Positions 1-13,224 of a stretch of DNA of 39,242 nucleotides are shown here, piece after piece. Below the pieces are notes generated by a model that searched no databases, had not been told where the DNA came from, and worked only from the letters and a program-made list of their open reading frames with translations. The stretch is from Octopus bimaculoides (lineage: Eukaryota), in the NCBI RefSeq assembly GCF_001194135.2, contig NC_068983.1:26337888-26377129 (forward strand), in the 5' to 3' direction. Both the position numbers and the translations under genes were made by a program. Position 1 is the stretch's first letter. Every line of letters starts with the position of its first letter.

Positions 1-58
1 TCTTCTTCGTATTTGTTAGGTAGATTGATTTCTTGTTTGTATTTGTCAGCTTCCTTAA

Positions 59-59
<1 letters not shown>

Positions 60-140
<81 letters not shown>

Positions 141-180
141 GTTGTTGTTGGTGTTATTATTATTATTGTTATTATTATTA

Positions 181-241
<61 letters not shown>

Positions 242-263
242 CATTATTATTATTATTATTATT
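60..263. repeat. (ATT)n microsatellite
   Basis: Direct read. Confidence 0.99.
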
Positions 264-1232
264 AACTTATGTTTTTCCTCAATGTTATAATTATCACATT
301 CCAAATAAAAGCTATACATTTCCTACACACTTCATATTACTACTATTTCCGGTTTTCACAAACGTAAGACAGAACTATAGATTCATAACGACAATAATGA
401 GCGCTAACGACGAGAACTACGACTACGACGATGATAACGGCAGAGAAATTTAACAGAAATAAATAAAATACTAACTCAGTTAGATTGCCGTGGAGATTTA
501 TTGCTTTCCTTTCATTCTTTTCTTAAATTCATGACAATGGGACAGTATAATTTGTAAATAGCACTACAATGATCGATTTAACTGTTTTGGTAATAAGAAA
601 AGGAATAAGAACGAATAAAGCGGCGCATGTCATTTTATAGTATTAGTTGTGTTGTAGCTACAGTAGCAGTAGTGTCTATATGTGCGTACTGTTTTGCATG
701 ACAATCATATAATAACTACACAGGGAGCTCACCATTGACGTATATTTTGTAATTGAATTTTTTGATATATTAAATGTTTTGTTTTGTTTTGTTTTTTCTA
801 AGTTTGTTCTGTCCTGAATTTATTACGTCATATTATGTTGTTGTACATAGAATACGATAAACGATGATATAATAGCTTAAAGTACAAACAAGACATTAGC
901 TTTAAAAAGGGCAATGATTCATTTCTTTCGGATATTCTGGTTGTTCTCCCAAGGAAGTAGTTCTTAAACGTTGCACCGCATGTGGCATCTGCTCAGTGAA
1001 TTGTTTTTAAACTAATTGAAAGTTTTAGAAAAACAAAAAGTCATAATTAGCTTGCGCATCTTGAAAAACAAGTTACTCATTATGTTGTTGTACAAGAATT
1101 GTTATTAAAGCAACGAAAAGAAGTAGTATTTTCTAAATATTTAATTTAGAAAACGATGTAACAGTTAATGCAAAGAACACCAAATAAATTTGGTTTGATC
1201 ATTCCCGTGTTACAACTTCAAAAAGAAGCAAT

Positions 1233-1446
1233 CCTTTCTACTAAAGGCACAAGGCCTGAAATGTGTGGGGTGGGGACTATTCGATGTCATAGACTCCAGT
1301 GTTTCACTCTTATTTAATTTATCAACCCCGAAAGGGTGAATGGGAAAGTCGACCTCGACGGAAGTTGAAATCAGAACGTAGCGGCAGACGAAATACCGCT
1401 AAGCATTTCGTCCGGCGTGCTAACAATCCTGCCAGCTTACCGCCTT
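1233..1446 (-). mobile_element. tRNA-derived SINE, family A (AAGGCGG..CTGGCAG head)
   Basis: Reverse complement begins AAGGCGGTAAGCTGGCAGGATTGTTAGCACGCCGGACGAAATGCTTAGCGG and matches the copy at 13456. Flanked by a near-identical direct repeat. Confidence 0.9.
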
Positions 1447-2916
1447 CAAAAACAAGCAATATACTGCCCTAAGGTAAGTGATTACTGCAACCAAGATCCT
1501 TAATAACTGAGTAATCAATGCAAAAATAATCTGTTTACTTTCCAGGTATTAATCAACACACACACACTTGGTTAAGTTGTTCACCATGGAATATTGCAAA
1601 TTTCTGTGAGCACAGATGTAGCTTGCAAATTTTTCAACAACATTGACTGTGATGTAACTTAGATTCTCTTGTGGGCACTTATATTTAATTTTATTCCTTC
1701 AATCTGAGGATAGAAACCGGAGTTGAAAACCAACAAAAGATTTTCCCCGATGTGTATGTCAGCTGCGCACGCATTGAAAAGAAATTCTTTCTCTTGACCA
1801 CCAATTTGTAATAAAGGTTATTGGAATGCATATTATACGAATAGGTAAAACATTTGTGTCCTCTCGATGCGGCTACAGGCATTGCAGAAAATAGCATGAT
1901 TATTCTGTTATAGAAATTCCAAAACGAATATGATATAAAATCAACTGTTTAACCAAATGTTATAATTTGAAAATTTACGAATGTAATATATTCTTCCGAT
2001 TTCTTTCAATGATAAACTTAATGTATTACCCGAATTAAAAGTTTTACCCGGAAAATTAGGTGACTTTAGCAGATTCTAATCTGCTGCAAGAATTTGAGCC
2101 TGATCACGACATTGCCGGTGACATCCTAACCCTTGTACCAGTCTCGAAGGCTTTGTAGTGTGATAGGGGTGTTCTGTTCTTCCTTGTCTAAAAGATAAAC
2201 GAAACATACTACTCAATTGAAGACCATTTCTTAGTAAGTACTCCAGAGATTTCAGTGGTTCTTCTCCAATCAGTTAATAATGGGAAATAAGTCACAATTA
2301 ACCAGTACAACAGCATATACCATGATATAAGAAATTATGGCATTTTTTAAATGGTGAGTCAAATGATGAACAAAAATATGTGCTCTTTACAAAAAAATCA
2401 TGTTAAGTCTTTAAAATGTGATGTATTACATACTATAGTCTTAGAAATGCAATGTCTGAAAAATACATTCGAGATGGTTTGATTCTAGCTCTTGTTGTCA
2501 GTGCTAAACTGGAGTTAAACAGGAGCAGGGTTCAATAACTTGGTACAAGATAGTGCTCCATAATATAAAGTTACCAGAATGTTCCACAAATAAGACCTTT
2601 TAATTTTAAGATGGGACTATAATGGGCATATCTGAATATAGGCCTGATTAATTAGGATTGACCTTGCGTTGAATAAAAAGAATATTGGCAAGACAGCAAC
2701 TAGTACAATTAGTATACATAATGACTACAATTAGGATGAAAAACAAATTAGTGAAGTTAGTAAGAAATACTTACACACACACACGCACACACACACACCC
2801 ACACACACAAATGCACGCACGCATACGAGTACACACAATTACGCAAACATACGCGCACACACGTATATAAAAAATATATATGCAGACACGCAAACATATT
2901 GTGTATGTTTATGTGC

Positions 2917-2953
<37 letters not shown>

Positions 2954-3732
2954 TGTATGTGTGTGTGTGTGTGTGTGTGTATGTGTGTGACTGTGTATGC
3001 TTGTTTATGTCTACTGCCAAATGANNNNNNNNNNGTGACTGTGTATGCTTGTTTATGTCTACTGCCAAATGAGAAATCAATGCAAACATCTGTCAACTTG
3101 CTCTAAAATATAACATTGTTAAAACACTTGCAAAGAGCATTTGTGGAATAACAATAAAAAATATGGGACTGTCTGGTTTGCTCTCATCCGATTCACTGTT
3201 TTCTCTTGTGTATATTAATCAATATGAACGCAACCATGGAAAAATAGTTACGGAATGTGTATTGCAATGAAGAGGAGCTGGTTTCTATTTCGCTAAGTTA
3301 CAGAGCGAGCTAGTATTTTATTAATGTAAACACTACTCTCCTAGCCGTGTCCCAATTTCACAATATATATATATATACCCATATATGCAAACAAAATATG
3401 CAAAATATCCGGTAATGTAAAATAAAATAAATTTTCTATAGGACTATCGAAGCACTTCATATACATAACAGTTCATGGAGATCTTTTTTGTTTTTAAGTT
3501 TGTTTAACCCATCGTGGTTAACACATGCAGGCTAGAAGTAATGTCTTTAGAGTTTAGCGGAAAATGATTATTTCTGGAAACACTAATTACTGAATCTACA
3601 TAATTATTGATTCATACCTTTCGGTCAAAACTACTAGCATTCTGGCCAGTGTTATGTTTTAAAATGTGTCGAACTAGTACAATATTCATATTTATATATA
3701 TCGATTCGTTAAGTATTGATGATTAGATAGCC

Positions 3733-4046
3733 TTTTATTCTTTTACTTGTTTCAGTCAGATGACTGCGGTCATACTGTAGCACCACATAGAAAGGTTTTA
3801 CTCGAACAAATAGACTCCAGGACTTATTTTTTCATGCATTGTAATTATTCTATCGGCCTCTTTTGCCGAACCGCTAATTTAGCGCAGACATAAGCACACC
3901 AACACCGGGTGTCAAGCTTCCGTCTACCAAATTCACTCATGGCTTTAGTCAGCCTGAGGGTGTAGCAAAAGACACTTGCCCAAGGTGCCACGCATTGGGA
4001 CTGAACCCGGCCGGAACCATGTGTTTGAGAAGCAAGCTTCATACAT
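3733..4046 (-). mobile_element. tRNA-derived SINE, family B (GTGGTAAGAAGCTTGC head), lacking the internal microsatellite
   Basis: Reverse complement matches the family B copy at 25855-26300. Confidence 0.88.
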
Positions 4047-4286
4047 CCTGCACCTTCGCTAGATATACTGAAAGTAAGAGGGCCGTCTAGCTGTTGGCAG
4101 TACCAGCAGACTAATGGTTTCTGGGCAATTCTCCTCGTTCCGTACTGGATAACCGCCTGACTAGAGACAGCAGCCAGCCGACCTTACTCACAGCATATAA
4201 TTATCGAAGCAGCGGCCAGTCGCTGATCATGTGAGGAGAAAAAGAACTAGTTTTAAATTTATGAATGATATCCATGTAGTACTGCT

Positions 4287-4621
4287 GAGATCCCTTTCGG
4301 TCATGACTGACCATGGGATTGCACCTAGAAAGTTAACCTCTCAGGAACAAGTCCGGCTAAGTTTGTTTATAGAAGACCAGCGGTCGCCCATGCAAACCGG
4401 CCTCCCCTCTCCACACCACTGATGTTATCCAAGAGAAAGGCAAAGAGGCCGATACAGCTTGGCACCTTTGACGTCGCAACTCATTTCTACAGCTGATTGA
4501 ACTGGAGCAACGTGAAATAAAATGTCTTGCTCAAGAACACAACACGTAGCCCGGTCCGGGATTCGAACTCACAGCCTCACGATCGTAAACTCGACGCTCT
4601 AACCACTGAGTCATGCGCCTT
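4287..4621 (-). mobile_element. tRNA-derived SINE, family C
   Basis: Minus strand shows Pol III A box TGACTCAGTGG and B box GTTCGAATCC, followed by GTGTTCTTGAGCAAGACA. Confidence 0.88.
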
Positions 4622-4693
4622 CACTATGTAGTAACAGTACTGAATATTAAAGTATATTTGCCAACAGTGATTTCTTTTTCTCCTTACGAGATC

Positions 4694-5113
4694 AGCGAGT
4701 GGCTATGTGGTAAGTAGCTTGCTTACCAACCACATGGTTCCGGGTTCAGTCCCACTNNNNNNNNNNNNNNNNNNNNNNNNNNNNNNNNNNNNNNNNNNNN
4801 NNNNNNNNNNNNNNNNNNNNNNNNNNNNNNNNNNNNNNNNNNNNNNNNNNNNNNNNNNNNNNNNNNNNNNNNNNNNNNNNNNNNNNNNNNNNNNNNNNNN
4901 NNNNNNNNNNNNNNNNNNCCCACCATCGCTTGACAACCCATGCTGGTGTGTTTACGTCCCCGTAAACTAGCGGTTCAGCAAATAGAGCCCGATAGAATAA
5001 GTAATAGGCTTACAAAGAATAAGTCCCGGGGTCGATTTTCTCGACTAAAGGTGGTGCTCCAGCATGGCCACGGTCAAATGACTGAAACAAATAAAAGAGT
5101 AAAAGAGTAAAGA

Positions 5114-5116
<3 letters not shown>
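4694..5116 (+). mobile_element. SINE family B, interrupted by an N gap
   Basis: GGCTATGTGGTAAGTAGCTTGC...GGTTCCGGGTTCAGTCCCACT, then after the gap ATCGCTTGACAACC...AAAAGAGTAAAAGAGTA. Confidence 0.92.
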
Positions 5117-5151
<35 letters not shown>

Positions 5152-6561
5152 CACTCTATGTGTACGTGTGTGTGCGTGCGTGTGTGTGTAAAGTGTATGG
5201 CGTCAGCGAATGTGTGAGAGAAGAAAGAAAGAAGGAGAGAGAGAAATAATCCACCAGTTTAATTTGAACGTAAACGCAGCAAAGGAAACTTTATGAAATC
5301 ATTCTATAAACCATAAATGTATTCTAAGACTTCAACATTTTCATTGTCAGTAGGTTCTATAACATAATGTATTCCGATGCCTTAAGATTAAACACAGCCG
5401 ATGAACATCTGAGTGGGATGCATAACATAGAGTTTGTAATTCTCGCAATTTGCTAGAACATTTGCAGGTGAAATGGAATTGTGTAATCAGGAGATCAAAA
5501 CCATGTCAATATCTTGGTTGGCAACATGATTATATCTAACAAAAGTCACATATAGTTCTTATTTTCTTCCATATTTAGCAAAGTGTTTGAATGCGGTAGT
5601 GCATTTATATATTATGTTGCATGTGTGAATGTGCATATCAGTGTTGTGTGTAATGTGTGTACCTGGTCTATTTCCCAGTCTGCCGGTTCTACTTGGAGAA
5701 AACTTGATTTAGAAATATTACTGACCTTTTCAACATCATGTACTTTATCTCAATTAATAACTCACAAACATTCACCGCAAATAAGTAATAAACATCCAGG
5801 CTGGATATGCAATTCAAAATATCTTTCAGTGATGATCAAATTATTGATCGCTTCACATGTATTCAACACATATGCGTATGCGTATGTGTGTGTTTGTATG
5901 TTTTGTGTGAGTGTATGCGTACGTTTGTGTGCATGTGCGTTTGTTCATTTGCGTGTGTGTGTACGTGGGCGGCGCATGTGTATCCTCACAAACGTGAGTA
6001 TATGCACGTGTGTGTGTGAGAGAGAAAAATAGAGAGAGAGAGGGTGTGGAGAGAGAAAGACTGGCAGACAGACAGAAAGAGCGAGAAAGAGAGTGTGTAG
6101 CTCTGCCTTTGTAACATAACGCCGATTAACAGCCATTGCTATGACCCGTTAATAATGAGATCATATTAAGGAATGCAAATGCAAGGAAAATAGTAATATT
6201 GATTTCTTGCATAGACCCATGTCATCAAATATGGGGATAAGTATAACCACTAGATCGAACACATTACTCACACGGTTCACCTTGTTTCCCTGACACCAAA
6301 GAGATGAAAGGAATTTGAAATCCTGCAAGAGTTAGTCTAAAGCTAGATTACTGCTGATTGCCAACCGCCCTCTTGTACACAATAACACGGAGGCATAATC
6401 TTGTAGAATGTTAGATTATGTAAATGTCATTTTACGTTTTCATTTTGTATTAGAGGAAACGTTGTTTCAGTTTCTAGACGAAGAAATAACATAATGAAAA
6501 TTCCCTACCACTTACTTCTTCTGATTCACTTCGGTCAACTTTTCTCTGTGCACGGAAACCC

Positions 6562-6562
<1 letters not shown>

Positions 6563-6628
<66 letters not shown>

Positions 6629-6708
6629 AATCTATCTATCTATCTATCTATCTATCTGTCTGTCTGTCTGTCTATCTGTCTATCTATCTAACTATCTATC
6701 TATCTGTC

Positions 6709-6778
<70 letters not shown>
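6563..6778. repeat. (TCTA)n / (TCTG)n microsatellite
   Basis: Direct read. Confidence 0.99.
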
Positions 6779-6936
6779 CACACGCACACATATATATGTG
6801 TGTGCGTGTGTATAAGTATATATTTTATATATATATATATTTATTTATATATATTATACATATATATGCATATATATATACATATGTATATACACATATA
6901 CATACATGTATGTGTATATATATATANNNNNNNNNN

Positions 6937-6993
<57 letters not shown>

Positions 6994-7639
6994 CTACAGA
7001 CACACACATATCCCTTTATACAAAAGCATGTATGCGTATACACGCATACATACAAACACGCACCCACGATCAAATAATATTTAGTGAGAATATTTTGCAC
7101 TCGCCTCCGAAATCGTCAGAAACGGTAAATATACCTAATAGACAGAACAACCCATAAATGAGAAACATTATCATTCGTTAGCTATAATGCTAAAGATTCT
7201 GGAATTTCAATTGTCTTGCAACATAAATTTTAGCTTAATGGTGTCTATACCAATTGGGTACGATTTTAGGCAATTTATCCTATGGAAATGACACAAACAA
7301 GAAATAAAACATACATGTAATATTGTGATTGGATAGATAAAAGTAACAACAGAAGGAATGGATGTATATTAGAGGTTAGCGACTAGGACAGGGAAACGTA
7401 AGACTTCTTACACTGAAATAGAATAAAGCATTTGTATTTTGTAGATAAAGTAAAACATTATTCAATTGCGATGTAAATAAAATCAACGAAAACAATAGAA
7501 TAAAACAGTTCAGCAAGTACCATATGAAATGAGAAAAGAAAGCGTACAGAAACGTAAGATAAATACTTGTATGATGTTCTCAGACGAATAATACAGAGAG
7601 AAACTTATATACATTGTAATCTGAAAGCTAAAAGAGATA

Positions 7640-8030
7640 TTTGTGTGGCCCGATGATATGTAGGACGGAGCGTATTGGGAATCGGTAGATATAGAACAGA
7701 TAATACGAGATGACATGAGAAAGGTGTATGAGAAAAATATAAACATAAGGAAGACGGAATGAGAGGAAGAGAATGGAAGTGCATCTCAGCAGTTGGAAGT
7801 GTTTCGATCTTATCTACGAGCATTGACATGCTGGCCTGTTTAGGTTGTTTGTTGAGAAGTTGAAGATTGCCATATCCTATTGTAACGTTCTTTCGAAGTA
7901 AGCAAATATGGAGTCAGTGCGCCTGTAGTGTACAGTGTTAAGTTTGCGAGGGCATGACGTATGATTAAAGAAGATTAAGGTAGAATAAGTGTAGTGTCAT
8001 CTGTGAAATTTGGGTGTTATAGGACATGTA
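7640..8030 (+). mobile_element. Highly degenerate RTE-like LINE RT fragment
   Basis: Reads WPDDM...KNINIRKTE (cf. YADD...LKINIKKTK) and later A*RMIKED*GRISV (cf. AW.MTK.DE.RL.VF). Many stops; boundaries are approximate. Confidence 0.5.
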
Positions 8031-9970
8031 CAGTGAAGTAGCACAGTGGAAGTCTCCATCTACTTATGACAATATTTTATCCTAAACATTATAGCGAAAC
8101 TATGCTGTCTAACTGAACTCGTTTGAAAATGGCGAATGCCTTTATAGGATGTTCGTAAGAAAGATGAGGAGAGACACACAGAAAAACTAATTAAGCTTCC
8201 AGAAAAACTATTTCAAACTGAGTATATATATACGTATTTACATAATAAACTTAGAGAAGATTATGATTCGTGTGTTTGTTGCGTTGTCATATTTTATTAC
8301 CATGTCTGAGTTAAAGATGGTAGCAGTTGGGTAGGCAAAATTGACACAAAACCATTTCACATTTCATTAAAAAAAAAATTAAAGTCACTGACAAAAAGAT
8401 GTGAACGTTATAAAAATCCATTACCGTACTGTCTTCAGAAAGTACGATAATATTGCAAAGAATAAAATGAACGTAAATATCTGAATGACAGGCACTTTCA
8501 TTAGAAGTCTAAATCATAGCAACTCATGTTTGCAATGCAATATGCATTTTTGTCGCAAATATGCATTTTTGTCGAAAGCCATTTCACTTCAGTTAAGCTA
8601 TTAATACCCTTAGTAAGGATATGGGCTTTGCAACATCTTACCATTACGTTGAACGCAACACACTGCAATTATTCAATTATTCAAACTAAAATATAATTAA
8701 ATCAACGTTTCAAAAATATCAAATTTGTTCTACAGGAAATTAATGAATATTTTACATTCAATGGACAATATCAGAGAGAAAAAGACAACACTGCAGAGAC
8801 AGGCTTTAGCGAACACTATATTAGCTTAATGCTTCAAAGGAAGAAGTGTTTTAAATATTTTAGGGTAATATATAATCAGAAAAATGAGAGAAATATATGA
8901 GGGGAGTGAGACTGAGAGAAATTGTTAAAAAAAGAAAGAAAAACGTGTCAACGATTAAAGACCAAATGGAAACGTGGTTCCAGGTGGGTGTTAAAAACGA
9001 AAGAAGGTTGTATTCATTTTAAGAGATGCGCATATGGCGTGGTTATATGTGTACTTTTAGAAAGATGTGTATATATATATATNNNNNNNNNNNNNNNNNN
9101 NNNNNNNNNNNNNNNNNNGTGTGTGTGTGTGTGTGATGTTACGCATATTCAGTGATGAAATATATAAGTCATTCCTTAGGTACTTAAAATCTGGATAAAT
9201 TTCCGAAGCTGAGGGTTTGCCGGTAAACGTAAAACTGAAGATTCCAATACCCTAACGTTCTGTGTTTTAGAGACTCACGACTAATATCCAAGTCCACACG
9301 TGTTTCAAAATATTATTATCAGGCATTTACTGCTGCAGATTCGATTGCCATCACAATTCTGAGTGAAGTAGAGCATGCTGAGAATTGTATGAATAATCAA
9401 TAGTGTATTGTATTCCAAATCGAACCCGCAGTCGGCATTCGACTTTTAGGCGATGTATATCTATATTCCTTACGTAACAAACAATCTTGCAAAATGAACG
9501 AATAGCAAAATTCGGAAGAGTAAATGTTTTACCTTAATTTAGGCGGCCTATGCTTATTGAAGAAAAAAAAAAAACGCAGCAAAAAAAAAAAAGAATTATA
9601 ATGACATAATCTATTCTGACGGTAAATTTTTCTTTCAACCACATTTCAGGTATATTTATATCATGTATATTGCTGGAATAATAAACTTAACATTTCTGAA
9701 TAAATTTTGAGAATATATTACTAACAATACATGAATAGATATTCATAGATAGATTTTTTTAAAAATAAGATAAAGTGAATGTAGATACAGAGTTTGAATG
9801 GATGCTAATCATGCAATTATTAATGTCATATATTGATTTGTAACATAGATATAAGAATGCCAATTCTGAAAGAGGGTACACTATACTCGATTATATTAAC
9901 TTAGGAAGGACAGTAGGAACCTAGGAAGGACAGCAGGATAAGTTGACTTTTGTATTGATTTGAGCTTGTA

Positions 9971-10896
9971 AAAGGGTTTTCAGAATCAGAATTTTCCAAC
10001 GTTACTGTTTCAAGCATTCACTGTGCAGAAATAGATACATGGCTTTCGGACTAAAGGTGATGATTCGCAAGAACAAATAATAAAAAAAAAAGGAAAAGAA
10101 AACACTATTCCATCCAAAATTAACGTGTTTAAAAATAATTTTAAAAAATCAATTAGATTAAGGCTGGGAGATAACAGTCTACTCAGAGTAGCTGCCCTCA
10201 TCTTCCAGCACGACATGAAGAACGCTCCGCGACCTGGCGCATGTGTCCTTTATTTTATCCCTTGGGAGATCTTCGAAAACCAACTTGATCTTGGCCACCT
10301 GCTTAGCCTTGGCGTTACAGGTAGAGGGGTTGGTATCTTTCTCTACCCTGCCGGGCACAACAGTGTGCATTAGGAGGACAGAAACTGAAGATAGTGAAGT
10401 CGCAGAAATTCTCCAACTAGCACCTTTGACACTTTCCAGAATATGGCAAGAAACCAAGTCATTCTCCCACACATATGGCCTTTCAGCAGCAACACCCTTC
10501 GGGCAGAGTTTGCTCACAGTCTCTAGGAGCTTCACAGACCTGTTCAAAGACGTGGGAGCAGCATGTCGTTACCCTTGCAGGAGACGTATCCAAATACCTT
10601 CACAGTTTGGGAGAACCTCGTTTGGATGACAACTACGTGACGTCTCACCGTCTTTACTGTGTAAACGCAGCGTTGAACAGCAGTCATAATATAGGCCTTG
10701 TGATACTCATCTCGAGTAATCATGTTACAGGTAACTCTTTTCCAGTACTGAATGGTTTCCAGTCCTACACGTCAATTATCTTTTCCTCAACTTTAACATT
10801 TATGCTCTTCTATGTCGTTGACTTTGCCCCAATACACCAAGCTGTTCCTTATAAAAGGAGACAAAACATCGTGAAATTTAGTTCGAACATCCTATG
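9971..10896 (-). mobile_element. Decayed, internally deleted Tc1/mariner of maT (DD37D)-like type
   Basis: Minus-strand frames give TRFSQTVKVFGYVSCKG, RPYVWENDLVSCH, ENFCDFT..CPPN and VEKDTNPSTCNAKAKQVAKIKLVFEDLPRDKIKDTCARSRSVLHVVLEDEGSYSE*. These match the catalytic-domain pattern TKFP-TVMVFG / RPYVWQQDSAPCH / WPPNSPD / VEKDTN...EGGYFE*. Weakly similar TA-flanked TIR remnants set approximate ends. Confidence 0.75.
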
Positions 10897-10913
10897 TATA
10901 TGTGGAGAGGAAT

Positions 10914-10987
<74 letters not shown>

Positions 10988-11052
10988 NNNNNNNNNNNNN
11001 NNNNNNNNNNNNNNNNNNNNNNNNNNNNNNNNNNNNNNNNNNNNNNNNNNNN

Positions 11053-11093
<41 letters not shown>

Positions 11094-11761
11094 GAATGCA
11101 CTTCCCTCATCATACCACCGATATTTTCCATGACGAATGTCACCAACTAGGTATTACTGTTTACGTACTCATTGTTCTCCAAACGTAAAAACCGGTAAAG
11201 TATAACTGTAAGGTACGCTTTTCGAAGCTCTAAAATTCCTGCTACTCTACCAACTTGGATTAGTACTTGTGGCTATTATTGATTTGCTCAGAAATGTGGA
11301 AAAACATAATGCGAATTTAGTGCGAAGTGGCTTGGAACAAATAGCACGAAATAGTATATCCAAACCTCTAATAACTCTACTAAAGCGCTACTTCAATCAT
11401 GGAGAAAAAAAAATAATTTTGCCGGATCGGAACTGTGATCCGAAACGACCGCAACTAAATACTACTAGGTCTGCTTTCTGGTACATTATTGTTTTCACCA
11501 CCCACCACTTAATTAATTTCAAACAATAATAAATAATTCAACAACAGCTGCTGTAACCGAAACTGTAAAACTGTTTGAGATGAAATAAGCTTCCTTGGTG
11601 TTGGCAATCAATTTAACATTTTCTTGATTATAGTTTGGCAGATGATATGTCATCGAGGGGAAGAATTAACAAAGAACTGAAAATTATATATACGTGCGCG
11701 TGTGCGTGTATATATATATACATGTATATATATATATAAATCTTTTACTCTCTTTTCAGCC

Positions 11762-11847
<86 letters not shown>

Positions 11848-12595
11848 ATATTGTGTTAAAGTCATCACTTGTGTTAAAATATTAGGGTGTGAATGAACAC
11901 ATAATTATAAATTCAGAGATGGGAAATATGTTTAATGGGCGACGTCAAGAAACGCGGAACCCATTGTGAACTCGCAGTTACAAATGGTGTAATACGTTCG
12001 TTAGAAGACAGTTTCAGATGTGTAGGGAACAGCTATAATTTCCTTTCAATTTTAGTCATAATACCATCGCCAGTGGATTTCAGGTCACCTGATATACACA
12101 AAGATGTAAGCAACTGTTAATTAACATTACCATTAATAAAAGTGCCGTAGGCTAAATTCACATTAGAAAGTGTCTCATATATGTTATATAATGAGTTGAT
12201 TAACTTCAATTAGCTGCCACTACATCTGCAATTAAAAGGCAAAAACTCCCGTAAGGGGCGTTGAAAATTGCATGGATACAAGCAAGGAAGATACCTCCAA
12301 TATTATTAATTAATTCGAGGTTTTGGAGAATTATTACTATTCAGTTACGAGTGGAATCTAAAATTAAAACTAACAGAAGAAAATATCTTGTTATATTTCA
12401 GCAACGAAAGATATTCGTCTCAGCTGGTAAGATTGAAAGGTGACCAGTTCTGCACATACATGAGTGCAGACCTTTGGAGAAAACTTTGAGATGAGAAAGA
12501 CAACCAGCAGCCCATGCATGCTTCTCTCCCCTTTCCGTCCACTTCAAACTTATCCAATTGAAAGTATCTCAGCTGTGGCCGATAAAACTTCTTAC

Positions 12596-12694
12596 CGGTG
12601 TCGTATAAAGTCTTAGTCATAGAATGCAAAGATCCAGTGTATATGTCACAAAACAGTTCAGTCAGCTCTCTAGCATTCTCTATATTTAAATGAC
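12596..12694 (-). other. Candidate 99-nt phase-symmetric exon, gene unknown
   Basis: AATTCAG| acceptor, CG|GTAAGA donor, open frame HLNIENARELTELFCDIYTGSLHSMTKTLYDT. No recognised protein. Confidence 0.25.
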
Positions 12695-13224
12695 CTGAAT
12701 TGGTGCTAATCTATAAATTCCAAAAGAATGACCGCCAAATTTGATTCAAGTCATGATTTCAACTAAAAGGCCAGAGTCGGAACAAATATAATATCTAAGT
12801 TTATCCATATCTCTAAAGACTGACAAATAGCCACCTGAAAAGTTATCAATATATACAGAAATGAGGCGAGTTAATGACAAATTTAGTGAATATCAATAAA
12901 ATGTCGAACGGAAAGTACCACAATGTGGCGTTCCGAAAACTGACAAACACTTGGGATCATTTATACAATTATAAAACATAAATTACCAGTTAATATGTTT
13001 AAAATGTAAACCCACCAGACATGGGTGATGATTGTAATATTATCTTCTGATCCAAGTGTTTGTAAAATAAAGGCAGAGAAGTTAGAAGTGTGTCGGTTCA
13101 TTAAATAGAACTGCTAGATTATGGAATCTAACAAGTTCGAATTATGATCGATTCTTTTGCATACCGGCTCTATCCCATTTTCTATATCTACATCCAAAAT
13201 CACTTACTATTATTACTAGTGTTA

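Noticed and set aside
13-453. Poly-Leu / poly-Ile ORFs
   Set aside because: Translation of the (ATT)n microsatellite.
2987-3072. 38-bp direct repeat
   Set aside because: Exact duplicate on either side of a 10-N gap; probable assembly artefact.
4540-4621. tRNA-like A and B boxes
   Set aside because: This is the head of a SINE that continues into SINE body, not a tRNA gene.
9901-9940. 20-bp direct repeat TAGGAAGGACAG(T/C)AGGA
   Set aside because: Only two units with no spacer structure; a simple local duplication, not CRISPR-like.
10243-10629. 128-aa ORF with a hydrophobic N-terminus resembling a secreted precursor
   Set aside because: It is the antisense frame of the decayed Tc1/mariner transposase and starts with GTG.
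11420-11455. GGATC/GATCC hairpin followed by GAAAC
   Set aside because: No CUGANGA before it and no valid U-H triplet.
11269-11529. 86-aa ORF MAIIDLLRNVEKH...
   Set aside because: GTG start, no recognisable motif and no convincing splice boundaries.
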